Below, one piece after another: positions 7,289 through 11,403 of a stretch of 11,403 bases of DNA; position 1 is the first letter of the stretch, and each line of letters begins with the position of its first letter. The stretch comes from Abditibacteriaceae bacterium. Lineage in GTDB: Bacteria > Armatimonadota > Abditibacteriia > Abditibacteriales > Abditibacteriaceae. The position numbers and the translations under genes are program-made. The notes beneath the pieces are model-generated. The model saw only the letters and a program-made list of their open reading frames with translations. It did no database searches and was not told where the DNA came from. Location: assembly GCA_031372065.1 (NCBI GenBank), contig JANMKN010000235.1, positions 1 through 11,403 of the forward strand. The letters are read 5' to 3'.

Positions 7289-9412
7289 TTGGCGAAACCT
7301 TTAGCCGAGCGATTGACGGCGGCGCGACGGGCCGTTTTTGTGGGCCGCGCGCGCGAACAAAAGCGATTTGCGGAAATCTTGTCTGGCGCAGAGGCGCCGG
7401 GTGTTTTGTGGTTGCACGGCCCCGGCGGTGTGGGTAAAAGCACATTGCTGCGCGAATGGGCCGCTACCGCGTGCGAACTGAAATTCCCCGTTTCGTTGTT
7501 GGATGGCCGCAATATCGAACCGTCGCCCGCAGCCTTTTTAGGCGTTTTGACCGGCGCGCTCAACTTGCCGGTTTCGGATGGCGCCACGCACGCAATTATT
7601 CTTGAATCTATCGGGCAATATTTCGCCGCCAAGCCCAAACGCGTCGTAATTTTAGTGGACACCGTGGAGTTTTTAGCGCCGCTGGAAGCGTGGTGGCGCG
7701 AAGAGTTTCTGCCGCTCTTGCCCGAAAATGTGTTTCTGGTTTTAGCGGGACGCAACGCGCCGGATGCGGCGTGGAATGCCGATGCGGGTTGGCGAGAATT
7801 GGTTCATGTGCAGGCGTTGCGCAACTTGGAAGACACCGATACCGCCGATTATTTGAAGCGTCGCAGTGTGCCCGTCGCGCAGCACAATGCGATTTTACAA
7901 TTCACACACGGCCATCCGTTGGCGCTTTCCTTGGTAGCCGATGTTTTCGCACAACGCAAAGCCAACGGCGGCGCAGATATTTCGCTGCAATTCACGCCCG
8001 AAGACGCGCCCGAAGTGGTGCGCACGCTGCTCAATCAACTCGTCGAAGGCGAACCGTCTGCCGAACGCCGTGCCGCTTTGGAAGCCTGCGCTTTGGTGCG
8101 CCTGACCACCGAAGATTTGCTGGCCGTCTTGCTGGACGAAGATGCCCACAAAGCCTTTGCGTGGTTGCGCAGCCTGTCATTCATCGAAACGGGCCGACAG
8201 GGTTTGTTTCCGCATGATATGGCGCGCGAAGTTTTGTTGGCCGATTTGCGCTGGCGCAATCCGGGTCAGCATCGCTTGCTGCATAAGCGTGCTCGTGATT
8301 TCTACAGCGCACGGTTTCAAAAATCTGGCACGCAGGAACAGCAGCACATTTTGATGGATTATGTTTTTCTGCATCGCCACAATCCGATGGTGCGGCCCTT
8401 TTTGGACTGGCGCGAAAACAACACACTGGTTTCCGGGCCGATGCGCGCTGAAGAAACCAAAGAAATCCTCGCGATGGTGAAAGCGCACGAAGGCAAAGAA
8501 TCGGCGGCACTGGCGCAAAGTTGGCTAACCGCACAGCCGCAAAATGTCATCGTGATTCGTGATCCGCAAGGCAAACTCGCCGCGTTTATGGCGATGGTTT
8601 CTCTGCCGCAGGCCAGCGCAAATGATATTGCGCGCGACCCAGCGACAAAAGCCGCATACGACTACTTGCAATCGCACGCGCCGCTGCGTTCGGGCGAAGA
8701 ATCAACGATGCTGCGTTTTTGGATGGCGCGCGATTCCTATCAAGACATTTCACCCGCACAAAGCCTGATTTTCGTCAACGCGGTGCGCCACAATCTCACC
8801 ACGCCGAATTTAGCGTTTACCTTTTTTTCCTGTGCCGCGCCGGAGTTTTGGGCGCCGCTTTTTAATTACGCCAGTTCTTTGCATTTAACGGATGTAGATT
8901 TCAATGTCGGTGGGCGCGATTACGGCGTTTACGGCCACGATTGGCGCGCTTTGCCCGCAATGGAGTGGCTCGATTTGCTCGGCGAGCGCGAAGTGACATC
9001 GGCCACACAATATAACGCCGCCGTTACGCCGCCACTGGACGTGCTGACGCGTGAAGTCTTCTTCGACGCTGTGCGCGATGCCTTGCGCGACTGGCATCGC
9101 CCCGACGATTTGCGCCGCAATCCGCTTTTGCGCACTCGTCTTGTTGTCAACCGCGCCGGGCGCAGCGCCTCGGACGATGAGCGCGTGACAGCTTTGCAAT
9201 CGCTGATCCGCGAAGCCTGCGAAACCATGCGCGGCGCCAAACGCGAAGGCAAATTCCTGCGCGCCTTGTATCACAGTTACATCAAACCTGCGCCCACCCA
9301 AGAGCGCGCCGCCGAAGCGATGAACGTGCCGTTTTCCACCTACCGCCGCCATTTAAAATCCGGCCTTGATTCCGTCGCCGATTACCTCTGGAAACGCGAA
9401 ATCGGCGGGTAA
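7289..9412 (+). CDS. STAND-class P-loop NTPase (AAA_16-like) with C-terminal helix-turn-helix, probable signal-dependent transcription regulator
   Basis: FVGR pre-P-loop motif, Walker A GPGGVGKS (from 7418), Walker B VILVDTVE, LVLAGR sensor, GHPLAL (GxP), PHD (MHD-like), and C-terminal PTQERAAEAMNVPFSTYRRHL HTH. TTG 7289 has GGGAGAG (7276-7282) upstream, so it is preferred over TTG 7274. Confidence 0.85.
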   Translation: MAKPLAERLTAARRAVFVGRAREQKRFAEILSGAEAPGVLWLHGPGGVGKSTLLREWAATACELKFPVSLLDGRNIEPSPAAFLGVLTGALNLPVSDGATHAIILESIGQYFAAKPKRVVILVDTVEFLAPLEAWWREEFLPLLPENVFLVLAGRNAPDAAWNADAGWRELVHVQALRNLEDTDTADYLKRRSVPVAQHNAILQFTHGHPLALSLVADVFAQRKANGGADISLQFTPEDAPEVVRTLLNQLVEGEPSAERRAALEACALVRLTTEDLLAVLLDEDAHKAFAWLRSLSFIETGRQGLFPHDMAREVLLADLRWRNPGQHRLLHKRARDFYSARFQKSGTQEQQHILMDYVFLHRHNPMVRPFLDWRENNTLVSGPMRAEETKEILAMVKAHEGKESAALAQSWLTAQPQNVIVIRDPQGKLAAFMAMVSLPQASANDIARDPATKAAYDYLQSHAPLRSGEESTMLRFWMARDSYQDISPAQSLIFVNAVRHNLTTPNLAFTFFSCAAPEFWAPLFNYASSLHLTDVDFNVGGRDYGVYGHDWRALPAMEWLDLLGEREVTSATQYNAAVTPPLDVLTREVFFDAVRDALRDWHRPDDLRRNPLLRTRLVVNRAGRSASDDERVTALQSLIREACETMRGAKREGKFLRALYHSYIKPAPTQERAAEAMNVPFSTYRRHLKSGLDSVADYLWKREIGG

Positions 9413-9418
9413 TAGAAT

Positions 9419-9441
9419 AGACCTCTTGCAAAAGTCGGTTT
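9419..9441 (+). repeat. 23-bp direct repeat, copy 1
   Basis: AGACCTCTTGCAAAAGTCGGTTT; 20/23 identical to 9793-9815. Confidence 0.7.
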
Positions 9442-9520
9442 AGATGTTTGCGTGACGAACGCCCACGAAGGCCCATTGAAGGGGCATCGGCTTGCCGTGT
9501 CCGATGTTTGCGTTTCTGAA

Positions 9521-9560
9521 AAAACCGCCCGATTTTTTAAAAATTCCGCCGATTTTTTAA
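9521..9560. repeat. Two ~20-bp tandem units with T6A5 tracts
   Basis: AAAACCGCCCGATTTTTTAA followed by AAATTCCGCCGATTTTTTAA, running directly into the 21-bp array. Confidence 0.8.
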
Positions 9561-9707
9561 AAATTAGCGTTCCCCCAGAGTAAATTCCCATTCCCCTACA
9601 ACAAATTCCCGTTCCCCTACAACAAATTATCGTTCCCCTACAACAAATTAGTGTTCCCCCAGAGTAAATGGGCGCTTCCCCAGAGCAAATTAGCGTTCCC
9701 CCAGAGT
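9561..9707. repeat. Seven contiguous 21-bp tandem repeats, plus 1-2 degenerate units to ~9746
   Basis: Units start at 9561, 9582, 9603, 9624, 9645, 9666 and 9687. Consensus AAATTnnnGTTCCCC followed by CAGAGT (units 1, 5, 7; unit 6 a CAGAGC variant) or TACAAC (units 2-4). Units 1 and 7 are identical. Confidence 0.95.
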
Positions 9708-9792
9708 AGGGGCACGCGCCCGCAAAGCAAAATCGCCGCTCCCTGAGCCGGGGGCGCCGAAGTAATCAACTTTGTGCGGCGTGTTTTTTATG

Positions 9793-9815
9793 AGGCCGCT
9801 TGCCAAAGTCGGTTT
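9793..9815 (+). repeat. 23-bp direct repeat, copy 2
   Basis: AGGCCGCTTGCCAAAGTCGGTTT; 20/23 identical to 9419-9441. Confidence 0.7.
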
Positions 9816-9856
9816 CTGTGTTGGCGAAAAGTAGGGGCCTGAGGTGCGCTTATTCT

Positions 9857-11059
9857 TTATGGGGTGAACGGCGAGCCATCGGGCAGGCGGGTTTGCGTCC
9901 ATTCGATCATTTTGTTGTCGCAAGGATAGCGCGCGGCGAGTTCTTCGTTGAATTCGATGCCAAGTCCCGGCGTTTCGTTGAGATAAGCGTAGCCATTGCG
10001 CAATTGCGGGCAGCCGGGAAACATTTCTTGTTCGAGTTCGGAAAATCCGGCCCATTCCTGCACGCCGAAATTGCGCGCGTTTAAATCGAGATGCAAATTC
10101 GCGGCATGACCAATCGGCGACACATCGCCCGGCCCATGCCATGCGGTGCGCACGCCGAAGGCTTCGCAAAGCGTCGCTAACTTTTTCGCGGGCGTTAGGC
10201 CGCCAATGGCGCTGATGTGGCAGCGGATGAAATCAATCAAACGATTTTCAATCAGCGGCAGCCATTCGACGGGATGGACAAAAAGTTCGCCCATCGCAAG
10301 CGGCGTGGCGCACTGCGCGCGGATGGTGCGGAACCATTCGATTTGTTCCGGCGGCAAGGCATCTTCCAAGAAAAACAAGCGAAACGGTTCGAGATTCTTC
10401 GCCAAGCGCACCGCTTCAATCGGCACAAGGCGCTCGTGAATATCGTGCAAAAGTTCCACTTCGTAGCCGATGGTTTCGCGCAAATGGGCAAACATTTTCG
10501 GCACGCCGCGCGAATATTCATCGGGGTCATAATACGCGCCGGGCAAAGCCGCTTCGGGGCGTCGCGCTTGGCCGTCCAAATGGCCGCCGTAGCCACCCAT
10601 TTGGCAACGGATGTAATGAAAACCCATTTCCATATAAGCGCGCACGCTGTCTTCGACGGCTTGGGGTTCGTTGCCGCCTGCATGGCGATAAACCGCTGCT
10701 GCTTCGCGGCATTTGCCGCCGAATAATTGATAAACCGGCAAGCCCGCGATTTTGCCTTTGATGTCCCACAACGCCATATCCACGCCCGAAAGCGCGTTAT
10801 TCAAAACCGGCCCGTTGCGCCAGTAAGAATTAACGTGCGCGGTGTTCCAAATGTCTTCGATGCGCTGTGGGTCGCGGCCTTTGAGAAGCGGCGCGAGAAA
10901 ATCTTCAATCGCCGTTTTGACTGTCGTGTGACGCTGTGTAAACGTCGCGCAACCCAAGCCATAAAGGCCCGGCTCGGAGGTGACAACTTTGACGACAATC
11001 AAACGCTGTGTGCCCGGCTGCGTGAGAAAAACCTGCACGTCTTGAATCGTAAGCGCCAT
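9857..11059 (-). CDS. Enolase-superfamily acid-sugar dehydratase, D-mannonate dehydratase (ManD/RspA) subgroup
   Basis: GLGCATFTQR, YWRNGPVLNNALSGVDMALWDIKGK, GGYGG, metal ligands in LLHDIHE / FLED / MGELF, DFIRCH, AWHGPGD and FGVQE. SD AAAGGGA upstream of ATG 11059. Confidence 0.94.
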   Translation of the reverse strand: MALTIQDVQVFLTQPGTQRLIVVKVVTSEPGLYGLGCATFTQRHTTVKTAIEDFLAPLLKGRDPQRIEDIWNTAHVNSYWRNGPVLNNALSGVDMALWDIKGKIAGLPVYQLFGGKCREAAAVYRHAGGNEPQAVEDSVRAYMEMGFHYIRCQMGGYGGHLDGQARRPEAALPGAYYDPDEYSRGVPKMFAHLRETIGYEVELLHDIHERLVPIEAVRLAKNLEPFRLFFLEDALPPEQIEWFRTIRAQCATPLAMGELFVHPVEWLPLIENRLIDFIRCHISAIGGLTPAKKLATLCEAFGVRTAWHGPGDVSPIGHAANLHLDLNARNFGVQEWAGFSELEQEMFPGCPQLRNGYAYLNETPGLGIEFNEELAARYPCDNKMIEWTQTRLPDGSPFTP

Positions 11060-11297
11060 GAAAATCCCTTTGAAGAAGAATAGCGGCCCCGTTGGTTAAT
11101 CACAATCGCACCGTGCGGTCAACACCCACACGAGTGGTCGGTAATTGTTGGCAAAGCGTGGGGCTTGCGCACCCTTCCAATCGGGAGATTGCAGACTAAT
11201 TTTGACTAACCCGATTGGGCGTCAGCCCAATGGCATGGAGTTAAGGCGTTTGAAAGCGTAGCTCCTCCAACTTTGACAGATGGGCGGGTTTGAAGTC

Positions 11298-11347
11298 AGA
11301 CCGGTTGAAACCGGTCTCTGCAAGAGCCAAGGCCACCTTCGTGGCCT
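11298..11347 (-). repeat. REP-like double-hairpin element, copy A
   Basis: On the - strand: AGGCCAC-GAAG-GTGGCCT hairpin, a 12-nt linker, then AGACCGGTT-TC-AACCGGTCT palindrome (11298-11317). Confidence 0.75.
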
Positions 11348-11363
11348 AAAAATGGAGGTTTTG

Positions 11364-11403
11364 AGCCTGCGAAGGCAGGCTTTGCCTCTACAGACGCCGG
11401 TTT
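11364..11403 (+). repeat. REP-like double-hairpin element, copy B (truncated at window end)
   Basis: AGCCTGC-GAAG-GCAGGCT hairpin (11364-11381), then TTGCCTCTACAGACGCCGGTTT. Aligns without gaps to the reverse complement of copy A. Confidence 0.75.

Noticed and set aside
7289..9412. Avs-type antiphage STAND defence system
   Set aside because: No N-terminal nuclease, protease, SIR2 or TIR effector, no long TPR sensor and no defence-island context. The C-terminal HTH points to a regulator.
9382..9591. 69-aa minus-strand ORF in the repeat region
   Set aside because: It starts inside a repeat unit, overlaps the regulator's 3' end and has no protein-like features.
9561..9707. CRISPR array (GTGTTCCCC in unit 5 resembles the start of type I-E repeats)
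   Set aside because: Units are contiguous 21-mers with no unique ~30-nt spacers or palindromic repeat, and there are no cas genes in the window.
9521..9707. Plasmid replication origin with iterons
   Set aside because: No rep or par gene and no clear DnaA box. The flanking genes are chromosomal-type metabolic genes. Kept only as an analogy.

Overview
Bacterial genomic DNA of moderately high GC, dominated by carbohydrate catabolism genes. In order: a TIM-barrel sugar isomerase/epimerase and a Gfo/Idh/MocA oxidoreductase (+), an orphan exported protein (+), a hypothetical protein (-), a 49-aa hyper-acidic microprotein (+), a secreted GH78 alpha-L-rhamnosidase with a CBM67-like insert (-), a divergent STAND-type NTPase/HTH regulator (+), and a ManD/RspA-subgroup enolase-family dehydratase (-). 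Several features are missing from the ORF track. Bases 2-124 are an internal thyA (thymidylate synthase) fragment joined out of frame to an apparently 5'-truncated isomerase gene, which suggests a chimeric contig end or a rearrangement scar. Two unrelated 21-bp-period tandem arrays sit at convergent gene junctions; the larger reads as a KxxxPQS/PYN heptapeptide repeat and lies between 23-bp direct repeats. Two inverted REP-like double-hairpin elements with compensatory stem changes lie at the right end, and there are mutually exclusive hairpins upstream of the dehydratase. No CRISPR array, tRNA, rRNA or transposase was seen. All family assignments come from motif recognition, not from database searches.
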